Notes: a model not told the origin generated them from the letters alone. DNA of 64,000 nucleotides from Burkholderiales bacterium RIFCSPLOWO2_12_FULL_61_40 (GCA_001770935.1 MESI01000022.1:106-64105); one strand, 5' to 3'. Shown: positions 36,645 through 47,203, counted from the stretch's first letter. Program-made: numbers and translations.

Positions 36645-36721
36645 AGGCGCGTAGCTCAGCTGGTTAGAGCACCACCTTGACATGGTGGGGGTCGTTGGTT
36701 CGAGTCCAATCGCGCCTACCA
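36645..36721 (+). tRNA. tRNA-Val (anticodon GAC)
   Basis: 77-nt cloverleaf by hand. Acceptor AGGCGCG/CGCGCCT, anticodon arm CCACC-ttGACat-GGTGG, T arm GTTGG-ttcgagt-CCAAT, encoded CCA. Confidence 0.9.
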
Positions 36722-36790
36722 ATAGAATCAAAATTTTCGTCACATCAGGGTGGCATTTTGATTTGCGGTATAAAACAAGTACGAAAAATT

Positions 36791-36817
36791 GACCTGCTTC
36801 GAGCAGGTCTTTTTTTT
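36791..36817 (+). terminator. Rho-independent terminator downstream of tRNA-Val
   Basis: GACCTGC-ttcga-GCAGGTC followed by T8. Confidence 0.7.
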
Positions 36818-37081
36818 GTCTGGGGTTTGGTCGGAGCATGCAAGCACAACACCATGGTGCTTGCAAATGCCTTAACCGAGCATCAAGGAGGCAACAGGGT
36901 GGCCTGCGCCCCTGCTTCTGGTGGTGTCCAGGGTGGTGTTGCCAAGACGCCAAAGACTGTGCGCATTACTTTTATCAACTCCGCTAGGGTAAACCTAGCT
37001 TGGTTGTGGGGAGCTAGTCCTTAGAATGTATTGCGGTGCAGCATGTATCGTTTCTCATGGGATGTTGAAGTCCACGCCACA

Positions 37082-37531
37082 ATGCAAAAACAGCCTTTCA
37101 AAGAAAGCAGGACTCCGCAGAGAGTCATCAAAAAGTACCCTAATCGCCGCTTGTACGACACGGATACCTCCAGCTATATCACGCTGGCTGAAGTCAAGCG
37201 CTTGGTGATGGAGAGTGAACCCTTTGTGGTGCGCGATGTGAAAACCGGAGAAGATCTGACGCGCAGCATCTTGCTGCAAATCATTTTGGAAGAAGAAGCC
37301 AATGGCTCCCCCATGTTCACTACGCCGGTACTTGCCAACATCATTCGCTTCTATGGCCATGCCATGCAAGGGATGATGGGCGGATACCTTGAAAACAATA
37401 TCCAGGCACTCATGGATATGCAGGCGCCCATGCTGAAAGGCGTGGTGAGTGGCAATCCGTTCCAGCAGATGCAGGAGCAGATGCAGAAACAAACAGAACA
37501 ATTTCTTGGCACTTTCGGCCTGAAGCGCTAG
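37082..37531 (+). CDS. phaR: Polyhydroxyalkanoate synthesis repressor PhaR
   Basis: From internal Met (MQKQPFKESRTPQRVIKKYPNRRLYDTDTSSYITL...), the hallmark PhaR N-terminus. Confidence 0.85.
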   Translation: MQKQPFKESRTPQRVIKKYPNRRLYDTDTSSYITLAEVKRLVMESEPFVVRDVKTGEDLTRSILLQIILEEEANGSPMFTTPVLANIIRFYGHAMQGMMGGYLENNIQALMDMQAPMLKGVVSGNPFQQMQEQMQKQTEQFLGTFGLKR

Positions 37532-37574
37532 TCCCGATTCAGCTTATCGATAGCAGCGCAGCGACAATCCCCAC

Positions 37575-38978
37575 ATGACCGAAGTACTTTCTCCTAAAAC
37601 CACCGTCAATCCTGCGCCTAAAGTAGGATTTATCAGTCTGGGTTGCCCTAAGGCCCTTACTGATTCCGAATTGATTTTGACCCAACTCAGTGCAGAGGGA
37701 TACCAAACCTCCAAAACCTTTCAAGGTGCTGATTTGGTGATTGTGAATACCTGCGGCTTCATTGATGACGCGGTCAAAGAGAGCTTGGACACCATTGGTG
37801 AGGCACTGGCCGAAAATGGGCGTGTGATTGTGACCGGTTGCCTGGGTGCCAAATCGTCCGATGATGGTGGAAACCTGGTGCGCAAAATGCACCCCAGTGT
37901 GCTGGCCGTGACGGGGCCGCAGGCCACACAGCAGGTGATGGATGCGGTGCATCTCAACTTGCCCAAGCCGCATGATCCATTCATTGATCTGGTGCCTAAC
38001 TCGTTTGGTGTTGCGGGGATCAAGCTCACGCCCCGGCATTTTGCGTACCTGAAGATCAGCGAAGGCTGCAATCACCGTTGCACGTTTTGCATCATTCCCT
38101 CCATGCGTGGGGATTTGGTGTCGCGTCCCATTGGGGATGTATTGACAGAAGCCCGTGCCTTGTTTGAGGGTGGGGTGAAGGAGTTGCTGGTGATCAGCCA
38201 GGATACCTCCGCCTATGGGGTGGATGTGAAATACCGCACCGGCTTTTGGGATGGCAAACCCGTCAAGACACGCATGCTGGAACTGGTGCAGGCGTTAGGG
38301 GATGTTGCTGAGTCCTATGGCGCCTGGGTGCGTTTGCATTACGTTTATCCCTACCCCACAGTGGACGGCATCTTGCCGCTGATGGCCACGGGAAAAATTC
38401 TGCCGTATTTGGATGTGCCGCTGCAGCACAGCCACCCGGAGGTCTTGCGCCGCATGAAGCGTCCGGCCAGTGGTGAAAAAAATCTGGAACGCATTTTGCA
38501 ATGGCGTGAGGCATGCCCCGAACTGGTTGTGCGCAGCACTTTCATTGCAGGCTTTCCGGGTGAAACCGAAGAGGAGTTTGCGCATCTGCTGGATTTTGTG
38601 CGCGAGGCACAAATTGATCGGGCGGGCTGTTTTGCCTATAGTCCAGTTCAGGGTGCGCAGGCCAACGAGTTGCCTGGCATGTTGCCACTGGAGGTGCGAG
38701 AGGAGCGCCGTGCACGTTTCATGGCGGTGGCTGAAGAGGTTTCGGTGGCTAAGCTCCAGCGGCGCGTGGGTTCTACCATGCAGATTTTGGTGGATTCGGC
38801 GCCTGGCATGGGAAAGAAAGGTGGGATTGGGCGCAGTTACGCAGATGCCCCCGAAATTGACGGTGTGGTGCGCTTGTTGCCACCTGAAAAAATCAGCAAA
38901 ACCTTGAAAGTGGGCGAATTTACCAAGGCCCGTATCGTGAGCGCGCAAGGGCACGATTTGGTGGCATTGCCGTTTTAA
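37575..38978 (+). CDS. rimO: Ribosomal protein S12 methylthiotransferase RimO
   Basis: 467 aa. MTTase N-domain ([15 protein letters not shown]), radical-SAM CNHRCTFC, C-terminal TRAM domain. Confidence 0.95.
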   Translation: MTEVLSPKTTVNPAPKVGFISLGCPKALTDSELILTQLSAEGYQTSKTFQGADLVIVNTCGFIDDAVKESLDTIGEALAENGRVIVTGCLGAKSSDDGGNLVRKMHPSVLAVTGPQATQQVMDAVHLNLPKPHDPFIDLVPNSFGVAGIKLTPRHFAYLKISEGCNHRCTFCIIPSMRGDLVSRPIGDVLTEARALFEGGVKELLVISQDTSAYGVDVKYRTGFWDGKPVKTRMLELVQALGDVAESYGAWVRLHYVYPYPTVDGILPLMATGKILPYLDVPLQHSHPEVLRRMKRPASGEKNLERILQWREACPELVVRSTFIAGFPGETEEEFAHLLDFVREAQIDRAGCFAYSPVQGAQANELPGMLPLEVREERRARFMAVAEEVSVAKLQRRVGSTMQILVDSAPGMGKKGGIGRSYADAPEIDGVVRLLPPEKISKTLKVGEFTKARIVSAQGHDLVALPF

Positions 38979-38991
38979 ACCAAGTGCTTGC

Positions 38992-39098
38992 TAATTCCAT
39001 TTCCATATCAACGCGATATGTCGTTGCCCCTCCTTGTCGTGCTGGTGCACTGCCTGCGTCGGTGCGCCTCATCTCGCATTGATCTGAAAACGGAATAA
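38992..39098 (+). mobile_element. MITE-like 101-bp element, copy C (core 38995-39095) with TAA/TAA flanks
   Basis: Reverse-complement of copies A/B (7 mismatches to B by hand). Flanking TAA at 38992-38994 and 39096-39098. Begins 14 nt after the rimO stop. Confidence 0.8.
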
Positions 39099-39124
39099 AA
39101 CCTTTATGGAGAAAATTAGCAAGC

Positions 39125-39155
39125 AAAAAAAAACCGCTTCAATTGAAGCGGTTTT
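39125..39155 (-). terminator. Rho-independent terminator (serves tRNA-Leu on the minus strand; weakly bidirectional)
   Basis: AAACCGCTTC-aatt-GAAGCGGTTT preceded by A9 on the plus strand, which is a U-run on the minus strand. Confidence 0.65.
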
Positions 39156-39176
39156 CATTAACTACATTAACATAGT

Positions 39177-39261
<85 letters not shown>

Positions 39262-39310
39262 ATCTCAGGAAAGAGAGAAGTATATCAAAAATTTAAGTCA
39301 AACCAGCGGC

Positions 39311-41566
39311 TTGCTGGACGAAGTTGAAGGAATTGTTCAAGGACACCGCGATGGACACGGATTTGTGTCGCGTGATGACGGTGGTCCAGACATTTATTTG
39401 CCTCCTAACGAGATGCGCGCCGTGCTGCACAAGGACCGGGTCAAGGCCCGCATCGTGCGCAGTGACCGCAAAGGCCGACCCGAGGGGCGCGTTGTCGAGA
39501 TCATTGAGCGATCACAGCAGCCCATCATTGGCCGTTTGTTGCAGGAAAGTGGTGTTTGGCTGGTTGCGCCTGAGGACAAACGGTACGGGCAAGACGTGTT
39601 GATTCCCAAAGGGGCCACCAGCGTTGCCAAGGCGGGCCAGGTGGTCGTGGTAGAACTGGTTGAGCCGCCGGTTTTGTTTGGACAACCGGTGGGACGCATC
39701 AAGGAGGTGCTGGGGGAGGTAGATGACCCCGGGATGGAGATTGAAATCGCCGTTCGCAAATACAGCGTTCCCCATGAGTTTTCCCAAAGCTGTGTGGCGC
39801 TGGCACGCACCCTGCCGGATGCCGTGCGTCCGCAGGACCGCCAGAGCCGCATTGACCTGACGGACATCCCTCTGGTGACGATTGATGGCGAGGATGCGCG
39901 TGACTTTGATGACGCGGTGTATTGCGAGCCTGCCAGCAAGGGCCGAGGCAAGTCAGCGGTCAGGGGGTGGCGTTTACTGGTTGCGATTGCCGATGTAAGC
40001 CACTATGTGGAAACCGGCTCTGCGATTGACATCGACGCCTATGACCGCGCGACCAGCGTGTACTTTCCGCGCCGTGTGATTCCCATGTTGCCGGAAAAAC
40101 TTTCCAACGGATTGTGTTCCCTGAACCCCGAGGTGGAAAGACTGTGCATGGTGTGTGACATGTTCGTCACCGAAGACGGCGAGGTGGATGCATATCAGTT
40201 CTACCCCGCTCTGATGTGGAGTCATGCGCGGTTTACCTACACCGAAGTGGCCGCCATTTTGAGCAATACACGCGGCCCTGAAGCCCTTAAGCGCAAGGAG
40301 CTGGTGCAAGATCTGCTGAATTTGCATGGCGTCTACCAGGCGCTTTCCAAATCCAGGCTTAAACGGGGTGCGGTGGATTTTGAGACCACCGAGACGCAAA
40401 TTGTTTGTGATGAAAACGGGCGTATTGAAAAGATCGTGCCGCGCACCCGCAACGTGGCGCACCGAGTCATCGAAGAGGCGATGCTGGCCGCCAATGTGTG
40501 CAGCGCCGACTACATTGCCCAAAGCAAGCATGCGGGATTGTTCCGCGTGCACGAAGGCCCCACGCCGGAAAAGAAAGAAATTTTGCGGGCTTACCTCAAG
40601 GCCATGGGGGTTGGCTTGACGATCAGTGATGACCCGTCGCCGGGAGAGTTCCAGACCATTGCCAATGCGACCAAAGACAGGCCCGATGCGCAGCAGATTC
40701 ACTCCATGCTGCTGCGCTCCATGCAGCAGGCGATTTATACGCCTGAAAATAGTGGCCATTTTGGCTTGGCATACGGAGCCTATACACATTTCACCAGCCC
40801 CATACGTCGCTATCCAGACTTGTTGGTACACCGGGTAATCAAGGCCATTTTGGCTAAGACAAAGTACCAGTTACCGGTTTTGCCAACACCGGGCGAGGCC
40901 CATGCCAAACTGGCTCGCCGACTTGAAAAAGGACTGGCTGCCAAAGTGGGGCAACCCGGTGTCAAACCGAAAAAGACCAATGCTGAAGTCTTGGCCTGGC
41001 TGGCCGCCGGTTTGCATTGCAGCGCCAATGAACGCCGGGCTGATGAAGCCAGCCGGGATGTGGAGGCATGGCTGAAGTGCAAATACATGCGTGAGCATTT
41101 GGGTGAGGAATATGGCGGAGTGGTCAGCTCCGCGACCAGCTTTGGCCTGTTCGTCACACTGGATGCGATGTATGTGGAAGGCCTGGTGCACATCACCGAA
41201 TTGGGCGGGGAGTACTTTCGTTTCGATGAAGCACGCCAAGAGTTGCGGGGCGAGCGAACCGGTATCCGTTATGCCATCGGTACACGTGTGCGGGTTCAGG
41301 TCAGTCGGGTGGACCTGGATGGCCGGCGTATCGATTTCCGCCTGGTGCAAGAAGGCGAAGGGTTGGTGGGACGCGCCATGGGCGACAAGGGTTTGCCGCG
41401 GGACGAAAAGACGCGTGGAGAGTCGGGTAACCGTACAGACCTGGAAGGCAGCAGAAGGTCAAAGTTTGCTGCGACAGAAAAACGCAAGGGCGTGGAAGGC
41501 AGAGCGACCAAACGTGCTGCCAAGCCCGCCGCGACACAGAAAAAAGCCGCTAGAAAGCGCCGCTAA
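39311..41566 (+). CDS. rnr: Ribonuclease R
   Basis: Cold-shock-like N-domain (GIVQGHRDGHGFV), RNB core (DGEDARDFDDAVYCE), S1 domain and Lys/Arg-rich tail. The ORF-track start 39176 overlaps tRNA-Leu. The first plausible in-frame start is TTG 39311, so the start is uncertain. Confidence 0.85.
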   Translation: MLDEVEGIVQGHRDGHGFVSRDDGGPDIYLPPNEMRAVLHKDRVKARIVRSDRKGRPEGRVVEIIERSQQPIIGRLLQESGVWLVAPEDKRYGQDVLIPKGATSVAKAGQVVVVELVEPPVLFGQPVGRIKEVLGEVDDPGMEIEIAVRKYSVPHEFSQSCVALARTLPDAVRPQDRQSRIDLTDIPLVTIDGEDARDFDDAVYCEPASKGRGKSAVRGWRLLVAIADVSHYVETGSAIDIDAYDRATSVYFPRRVIPMLPEKLSNGLCSLNPEVERLCMVCDMFVTEDGEVDAYQFYPALMWSHARFTYTEVAAILSNTRGPEALKRKELVQDLLNLHGVYQALSKSRLKRGAVDFETTETQIVCDENGRIEKIVPRTRNVAHRVIEEAMLAANVCSADYIAQSKHAGLFRVHEGPTPEKKEILRAYLKAMGVGLTISDDPSPGEFQTIANATKDRPDAQQIHSMLLRSMQQAIYTPENSGHFGLAYGAYTHFTSPIRRYPDLLVHRVIKAILAKTKYQLPVLPTPGEAHAKLARRLEKGLAAKVGQPGVKPKKTNAEVLAWLAAGLHCSANERRADEASRDVEAWLKCKYMREHLGEEYGGVVSSATSFGLFVTLDAMYVEGLVHITELGGEYFRFDEARQELRGERTGIRYAIGTRVRVQVSRVDLDGRRIDFRLVQEGEGLVGRAMGDKGLPRDEKTRGESGNRTDLEGSRRSKFAATEKRKGVEGRATKRAAKPAATQKKAARKRR

Positions 41567-41610
41567 TCGTTAGCTCCAACTTTGAGCGCATGCCCGACCG
41601 TGGCAAGCAC

Positions 41611-42453
41611 TCAAAGTTTGGCAAAAATTTTGGCTTCTTCAAACAGCGGGTTCAAATCACCCATGGACGCCACGACCTCGTCCAGTGTTCCGTCAAGCCG
41701 CTTTTGAATCGCTGCTGGAAATTCGTCGATACAGGAATTTCCACCGAAGCCAAAATTCAATTTTTTGCTGATCTGGTTGGCCCCAAATACGCAGGCAATC
41801 ATGTCCGTGTCTTTTAAATCCGCAAGGTGTTGGTGACGAATGGTCTCTACCAGGTGGGGGGCAAACCGCCATTTTTCGACCAGCATGCCACCAACAAACG
41901 CATGGTCCGTGCCGATTTCCTTTTGCAAAGCAGCGTGCAAGGAACTGCTGTTGTCCTGGCTGGCCTGCAATGCCTTTTTGAATTCTTGGGGCATGAATTG
42001 TGCAAATACCACTTTGCCAAAATCGTGCAGCAGACCCGCAATAAAACAGTCCATGGGGTCGGCATCGTCCACACGGCTGGCCAATTGTTTGGCGATGGCT
42101 GCCGTCGCCAGAGAATGCAGCAAATACTGCTGCACATCAAATCCCGCAGCATTGTCTTTGGGAAGCATCCCGATGGCGGCGATGCTCAGCGCGAGGTTCT
42201 TGATGGTGTTGAATCCCAGGTAAACCACGGAATGCCCAATAGAGGTGATTTGCTTGGGCAGGCTGTAGTACGCAGAATTCACCACTTTCAGAATTTTGAC
42301 GGTGACCACGGGATCCTTGTCAATTACTTCGACCAGGTCCTTGGGGGTGCTGTTGACATCCCGGGTCAGTTCCAAAATTCTTTGCACGCTCTTGGGGAAA
42401 GCGGGCATGCCATCCACGGCGGTGGCGAGTTTTTGCGATAGTTCTGGAGTCAT
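41611..42453 (-). CDS. HDOD-domain signalling protein
   Basis: 280 aa. ...MPAFPKSVQRILELTRD..., AGLLHDFGKVV. Confidence 0.8.
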   Translation of the reverse strand: MTPELSQKLATAVDGMPAFPKSVQRILELTRDVNSTPKDLVEVIDKDPVVTVKILKVVNSAYYSLPKQITSIGHSVVYLGFNTIKNLALSIAAIGMLPKDNAAGFDVQQYLLHSLATAAIAKQLASRVDDADPMDCFIAGLLHDFGKVVFAQFMPQEFKKALQASQDNSSSLHAALQKEIGTDHAFVGGMLVEKWRFAPHLVETIRHQHLADLKDTDMIACVFGANQISKKLNFGFGGNSCIDEFPAAIQKRLDGTLDEVVASMGDLNPLFEEAKIFAKL

Positions 42454-42513
42454 AGCGTTGGGGTCGAGGGGGGCCAGATTGTGTCAGCACATCGTGCGTG
42501 GGAACAGCGATTG

Positions 42514-43902
42514 TCAGGTCAAACGGCTGTTTGCCACACGTCGCAGGAGAACGATGAGTCCCATGGCTGCCACCGTCAGGCCAACCACCAGCGCAATCCA
42601 GAATCCTTGCGCTGCCATGGGCAGACTCGGCCGCCACAGCAGCCACACCGGTGCCAAACCCAGGGCATAGCCCAAGGGCAATGAGAATACCCAAAACGCG
42701 GTGAGATGAACGACCATGGGCGAGCGGGTCACTTTGTAGCCCCGAATGGCACAACTGGTGACCACCTGGGTGGCGTCTGAGAGTTGAAATATAGCGGCCC
42801 AAAATAGCAGTTGTGCCGCTACCGTCGCTACCGCTATATCGCTGGTGTAGGTGGATGCAATCTGCCGATTGAACAAAGCGATACCGGTGGCGGACACTAC
42901 CGCAAATCCCAGTGCAGTACCCACCCCCACCCAGGCACGAAAACGTGCAGTAACCGGATCACCGGCCCCCAGACTCTGGCCCACCCGCGTCAGCAGGGCT
43001 ACACCCAAGCTCAATGGCACCATAAAGACCAGGGAGGTGAAATTGAGTGCAATCTGGTGGGCTGCCACCTCGGTGCTGCCGAATTCGGCCACCAGGAGGG
43101 CTATCAAACCAAATGCGCTGGTTTCCGCAAAGTAGGTGACCCCGATGGGTAAGCCCAGCTTCAGCAGGCGGTTGAGCTTGGGCCAATGGGGCGCCTCGTA
43201 TTGGCTAAAGGGCCAGGTGCTGCGAAAGGCCGGGCTGCGCCGCATCCACCATAAAAGACCGACCAGGTTGAACCATACACACAGCAACGTAGACCAGGCG
43301 CAACCCAGTCCGCCCAATTTGGGTGCTCCCCAATGGCCAAACACCAGCAGCCAATTGATCAGCACGTTGAGTAACAAGGCACCAATGGCAATGCCCATCA
43401 GGGGTTTGGTCTGGTTCAGGCTGGCACTGTAGTTGTACAACACCCGGTAACAGGCAAAAGCCGGCAGGGCAAAGCTGGTGATGTGCACAAAGTTTTGGGC
43501 CAGATTGCGCACCTGTGGAGCAAGATCCAGGTGGTTAAAAATTTCCGTGGCCAGATTGGCAATGCAAAAGGCAACGAGTCCGACCCCCAGCGCCTTCCAC
43601 AGGGCCTGGCGCACCACATGGGGTACGCGCTTGAATTCTTTGGCACCCACATATTGGGCGACCAGGGGGCTGACCGACATCATGATGCCCATCAGTGTGA
43701 TGATGACCATGTTCCAGATCGACACGCCGAGCGATACGCCTGCCAAGTCATCTGCCGATGCATGGCCGGCCATGGCCACGTCCACCACCGCCATTCCTAC
43801 ATTGGCCAGTTGCCCAATCAGGATGGGCCAAGCCAGTTGCCATAAGGCGTGGACTTCAACGCGCACTTGGGTGCGCAGGCATGCTGGAGATGTGACGGTC
43901 AT
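42514..43902 (-). CDS. MATE-family efflux transporter
   Basis: 462 aa, 12 TM segments, NorM-like N-terminus (LWQLAWPILIGQLANVGMAVVDVAMAGH). Confidence 0.85.
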   Translation of the reverse strand: MTVTSPACLRTQVRVEVHALWQLAWPILIGQLANVGMAVVDVAMAGHASADDLAGVSLGVSIWNMVIITLMGIMMSVSPLVAQYVGAKEFKRVPHVVRQALWKALGVGLVAFCIANLATEIFNHLDLAPQVRNLAQNFVHITSFALPAFACYRVLYNYSASLNQTKPLMGIAIGALLLNVLINWLLVFGHWGAPKLGGLGCAWSTLLCVWFNLVGLLWWMRRSPAFRSTWPFSQYEAPHWPKLNRLLKLGLPIGVTYFAETSAFGLIALLVAEFGSTEVAAHQIALNFTSLVFMVPLSLGVALLTRVGQSLGAGDPVTARFRAWVGVGTALGFAVVSATGIALFNRQIASTYTSDIAVATVAAQLLFWAAIFQLSDATQVVTSCAIRGYKVTRSPMVVHLTAFWVFSLPLGYALGLAPVWLLWRPSLPMAAQGFWIALVVGLTVAAMGLIVLLRRVANSRLT

Positions 43903-44057
43903 TGTTAAATGATTTTACGGTTGCGCTGACAGCGCTATAGTGCCAATCTCTATTTCAAGGAAAACGCATGGGCCCACAGGTGCGCCAGTCCAGTTTGGTT
44001 GTCTGCAATCGAATGCGCATGCTCGCGCGTGCGCGCAACAAGCACTAGAGGTCGGGC

Positions 44058-45938
44058 ATGGACGACTTTCTGAAACAGACCGTTTTACCTGCATCCGTAC
44101 CGACGGACGAGGGTGCAAGGCTGTTTCGGGCCGTCGTACTGACAACGAGCGTGGTTGTCACCTTGTTTTCTCTGGCTGATATTTGGGTCGGCGGAGATCC
44201 CCGCAATTCCATCATGAACGCCATCATTTTGGTCGCCGCCTTGATTGCCCTCTTTGTGATGCGGTCGGGGCGGCTGGGCTGGGCGTTTGTGGTTTTTGGC
44301 TGGGGTGCCTGGGGCTCTGTGGCCGTGGATGCCGTGCTGACGGGAACCGTGAACAACACGGCGCTGTACACCTACCCGGTGGTGATTTTGCTCAGTGGAT
44401 GGCTGCTTGGATTGCGGCACAGCTATGCCATGTGTGTGGCATCGGTTGTCGCCATTTTTGGCGTGGCGTGGATGGAGACGCTGGGTATCAGCTTCGTTAC
44501 GATGCAGCGTGGGCCATGGGGGCGGGCGGCCGATCTCTCGGTGATATTGTCAGTCAGCATGGTGGTGCTGCACCGCATCTTGGTACACCAGCAAGCTCAG
44601 GCGGCCAGGATGCGCGAGCTTAACGTGCAGTTGAGCGATACCGTTGCCAACCTCACGTCACGAGAACACCAGTTGAACCAGGCGGAGTCGCGTTTTTCCA
44701 AGGTCGGAGATATTGTCCCGGCTCCCCTGTCACTGACGGATGCCGTGACCGGTCAAATCATCTATGTCAACAAAGCGTGGGAAAGCGTGCTGGGCTGGAC
44801 ACAACAGGACGTGATCGGGAAGTCACCGTTGGAGCTTGGGGTCTGGTTCGAGATGTCGGCACGCGAAGCGTTCGGGGCCGAATTCAGAAGCAACGGCTGT
44901 GTGCGCAATCTGGAGATGAATGTCCAGGCCCATGACGGCTCCATCCTGCCCGTGTCGGTATCTGCCGATTCTGTCGAGCAGGATGGGCGCCATGTGACCA
45001 TGAGTTTGCTGTTCGATTTGAGAGACCGAAAGCTGATTGAAGCGAGCGTCATCAAAATGAACGCCGAGTTGGAGGCGCGTGTGGAGCAGCGCACACAGGA
45101 GCTTCAGACCGCGAATGGTGAACTGTCCCACGCCTTGTCCACGCTGCAGTGTGCCCAAAAGGATCTGGTGCAGTCTGAAAAAATGGCTGCCTTGGGCGGT
45201 TTGGTGGCCGGCGTATCCCACGAACTCAATACACCGATCGGCAACGCCATGACGGTGGCCAGCTCCATGGTCGACCGTGCGCTGGAGTTTCAGGGTTTGG
45301 TCACCCGCAATGAACTCAAACGGTCCGCCTTGGAGCGGTTCATGGCGGACAGCTTAGAGGGTTCCGAGCTGGTGCAGCGCTCCTTGCAGCGGGCCTCTGA
45401 TCTGGTGCACAGCTTCAAGCAGGTGGCGGTGGACCAAGCATCCGAGCGCCAGCGGGTATTCAGGTTGGCCGAGGTGGTTCGTGAGATAGTGATCACACTT
45501 TCACCCAATTTGCGAAAAATGCCATGGAAGCTGGAGATTGATATCCCCGATGATCTGGTGATGGACAGTTTTCCAGGCGCCTTGGGGCAGGTGACGATCA
45601 ACCTCGTGATGAATGCTGCGATCCATGCATTTGGTGAGCGTGCAGAAGGTCGCATTGTGGTCCGTGGGCGCCAGATCGACCAGGACACGGTTGAACTGGT
45701 GTTTGCCGACAATGGCATTGGTATGTCTTCCGAGACGGCAAGCCGAATATTCGATCCCTTCTTTACCACCAGGCTGGGGCAGGGCGGATCGGGGCTGGGT
45801 CTGGCGATCGTGCACCAAATGGTGACCCAGGTGCTGCAGGGCAAAGTCAGCGTGGAGTCCCGCTTGGGTGAAGGCAGCCGGTTTGTGCTGCAACTGTGCC
45901 GAACCATTGCACACCCTGGCGATCTGGTGGGGTCATAA
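44058..45938 (+). CDS. Membrane sensor histidine kinase (multi-TM N-domain, PAS, HisKA, HATPase), orphan
   Basis: 626 aa. H-box AGVSHELNTPIGN; N/G boxes NLVMNAAIHAF, DNGIGM, GGSGLGLAIV. Confidence 0.8.
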   Translation: MDDFLKQTVLPASVPTDEGARLFRAVVLTTSVVVTLFSLADIWVGGDPRNSIMNAIILVAALIALFVMRSGRLGWAFVVFGWGAWGSVAVDAVLTGTVNNTALYTYPVVILLSGWLLGLRHSYAMCVASVVAIFGVAWMETLGISFVTMQRGPWGRAADLSVILSVSMVVLHRILVHQQAQAARMRELNVQLSDTVANLTSREHQLNQAESRFSKVGDIVPAPLSLTDAVTGQIIYVNKAWESVLGWTQQDVIGKSPLELGVWFEMSAREAFGAEFRSNGCVRNLEMNVQAHDGSILPVSVSADSVEQDGRHVTMSLLFDLRDRKLIEASVIKMNAELEARVEQRTQELQTANGELSHALSTLQCAQKDLVQSEKMAALGGLVAGVSHELNTPIGNAMTVASSMVDRALEFQGLVTRNELKRSALERFMADSLEGSELVQRSLQRASDLVHSFKQVAVDQASERQRVFRLAEVVREIVITLSPNLRKMPWKLEIDIPDDLVMDSFPGALGQVTINLVMNAAIHAFGERAEGRIVVRGRQIDQDTVELVFADNGIGMSSETASRIFDPFFTTRLGQGGSGLGLAIVHQMVTQVLQGKVSVESRLGEGSRFVLQLCRTIAHPGDLVGS

Positions 45939-45964
45939 AGTAGCCGGGCTATTGCCGTTCAGGC

Positions 45965-45994
45965 AAAAAAAAGGGGTGCTCTTGCGAGCACCCC
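45965..45994 (-). terminator. Rho-independent terminator of the porin gene
   Basis: GGGGTGCTC-ttgc-GAGCACCCC preceded by A8 on the plus strand, which is a U-run on the minus strand. Confidence 0.65.
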
Positions 45995-46034
45995 GAAAGT
46001 TCGACCTTGGATGAAAAAAATCGGCGCGAGGCGC

Positions 46035-46994
46035 TTAGAAGGTGTAGTTCAGGCGCACGCGGAAGGCGGTTTCGTCCACGCTGGTGTTGGCCACGCTGTT
46101 TTGTGCCCTGGAACTGGAGAAGGCGGGCGTGACCGATGCGCCATCGATGCCAAACAAAGGCATTTTGTAGGACACGTAGGTGGTGTTGACACGAATGTCA
46201 CCACCGGTCAGGTCGTTGATGCCTGAGGCATATCCCAGACCCAATCCACCCACCACAGCGGCGCTCAGAGCGTAGGATTTAGTGGTTTCGTTGGCGGCCG
46301 CGTCTTGTTTGCCCTGGGCGACGTTGCCGGTGAGCTTGAAGCTGCCGAAGTCATAGCTGGCGGTCAGGCCAAAACCGCTGACTTTGTTGCCGGAGTTGTA
46401 TTCGCCAGACTCCATGCCCAGCTTCACTGCCAAGGGGCCGGAAGCGTAGGAAACCACCGGACGCCATCCGCGTGCGCCAGACGTGACCAAGGTGGTGGTG
46501 TTGGTCTGGACGGCGCCCAGTTCGAAGGCAAAGCCGCTGCCCAGCTGCAAGGTGCCGGCGGCATGGAATACGTCAGCACCCTTGCGGCCACGCAGTGAGT
46601 TTGCGCCATAGACTGTGCCAGCATGGTTGACCAGCGTGTCACCGGCCAAGGGGAACAGGTCGGCGGCTTCAAAGCGGCCCAGTTTCACGTCACCGCCAGC
46701 GGAACCCAGTTGGATCCACATGTCGTCGGTGGCCACGGTGCCATCTTTCTTGGACAAGAAGGAGGCACGGCCGGCGACAAACATGTCTGCGCCAGCCTTG
46801 TTGGAAATATTCAGCTCCACGCGGCCCGATTGGGTCAGTCCGCGATCGGCGGCGGCAACCGCCGTGCCTTCGCGGCTGGTGTTGTCCAACTCGATGTTGG
46901 CGTCCACTGCGGGAGCCGCGAATGCGGTGCCTGCGATCATGAGGGCAGCGGCTACGGTGGTAGCGCGAGCGACGAATTTAACAGTGTGGTTCAT
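46035..46994 (-). CDS. Outer-membrane beta-barrel porin-like protein
   Basis: 319 aa. Signal peptide ...MIAGTAFA/AP, alternating amphipathic strands rich in G/S/T/A, C-terminal ...RVRLNYTF. Confidence 0.7.
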   Translation of the reverse strand: MNHTVKFVARATTVAAALMIAGTAFAAPAVDANIELDNTSREGTAVAAADRGLTQSGRVELNISNKAGADMFVAGRASFLSKKDGTVATDDMWIQLGSAGGDVKLGRFEAADLFPLAGDTLVNHAGTVYGANSLRGRKGADVFHAAGTLQLGSGFAFELGAVQTNTTTLVTSGARGWRPVVSYASGPLAVKLGMESGEYNSGNKVSGFGLTASYDFGSFKLTGNVAQGKQDAAANETTKSYALSAAVVGGLGLGYASGINDLTGGDIRVNTTYVSYKMPLFGIDGASVTPAFSSSRAQNSVANTSVDETAFRVRLNYTF

Positions 46995-47203
46995 AAAAAT
47001 AATTCAGTTAGTGGTGCGTGAAATGCGGGGGCCGGATGCTCTACCGCAGCTGTTGTGTGCTCTTGCAAGAACGTCTCTATTGTTAAGACGGCGCCGTTAA
47101 TTTGGTCGGCATGTAGGGAAAGCACTAGGCTGGGTTACGTTCCGTATACAACCCTGTGGAGTGAAGCTGCTTGCCTTTGGAGAAGGCTGGTATTTTGTTG
47201 TTG

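Noticed and set aside
36645-37081. Genomic island or integrase footprint next to tRNA-Val, and likewise next to tRNA-Leu at 39177-39261.
   Set aside because: There is no integrase, no direct repeat of the tRNA 3' end and no foreign-looking genes. The flanks are phaR, rimO and rnr, all core genes.
38995-39095. The 101-bp element as an intrinsic terminator or a small protein gene (the ORF track repeatedly shows ...ARQGGATTYR(I/V/F)(E/D)ME... peptides across it).
   Set aside because: No U-tract follows the hairpin in either orientation. The peptide recurs only because the DNA repeat is translated within larger spurious ORFs, and there is no start/RBS context.
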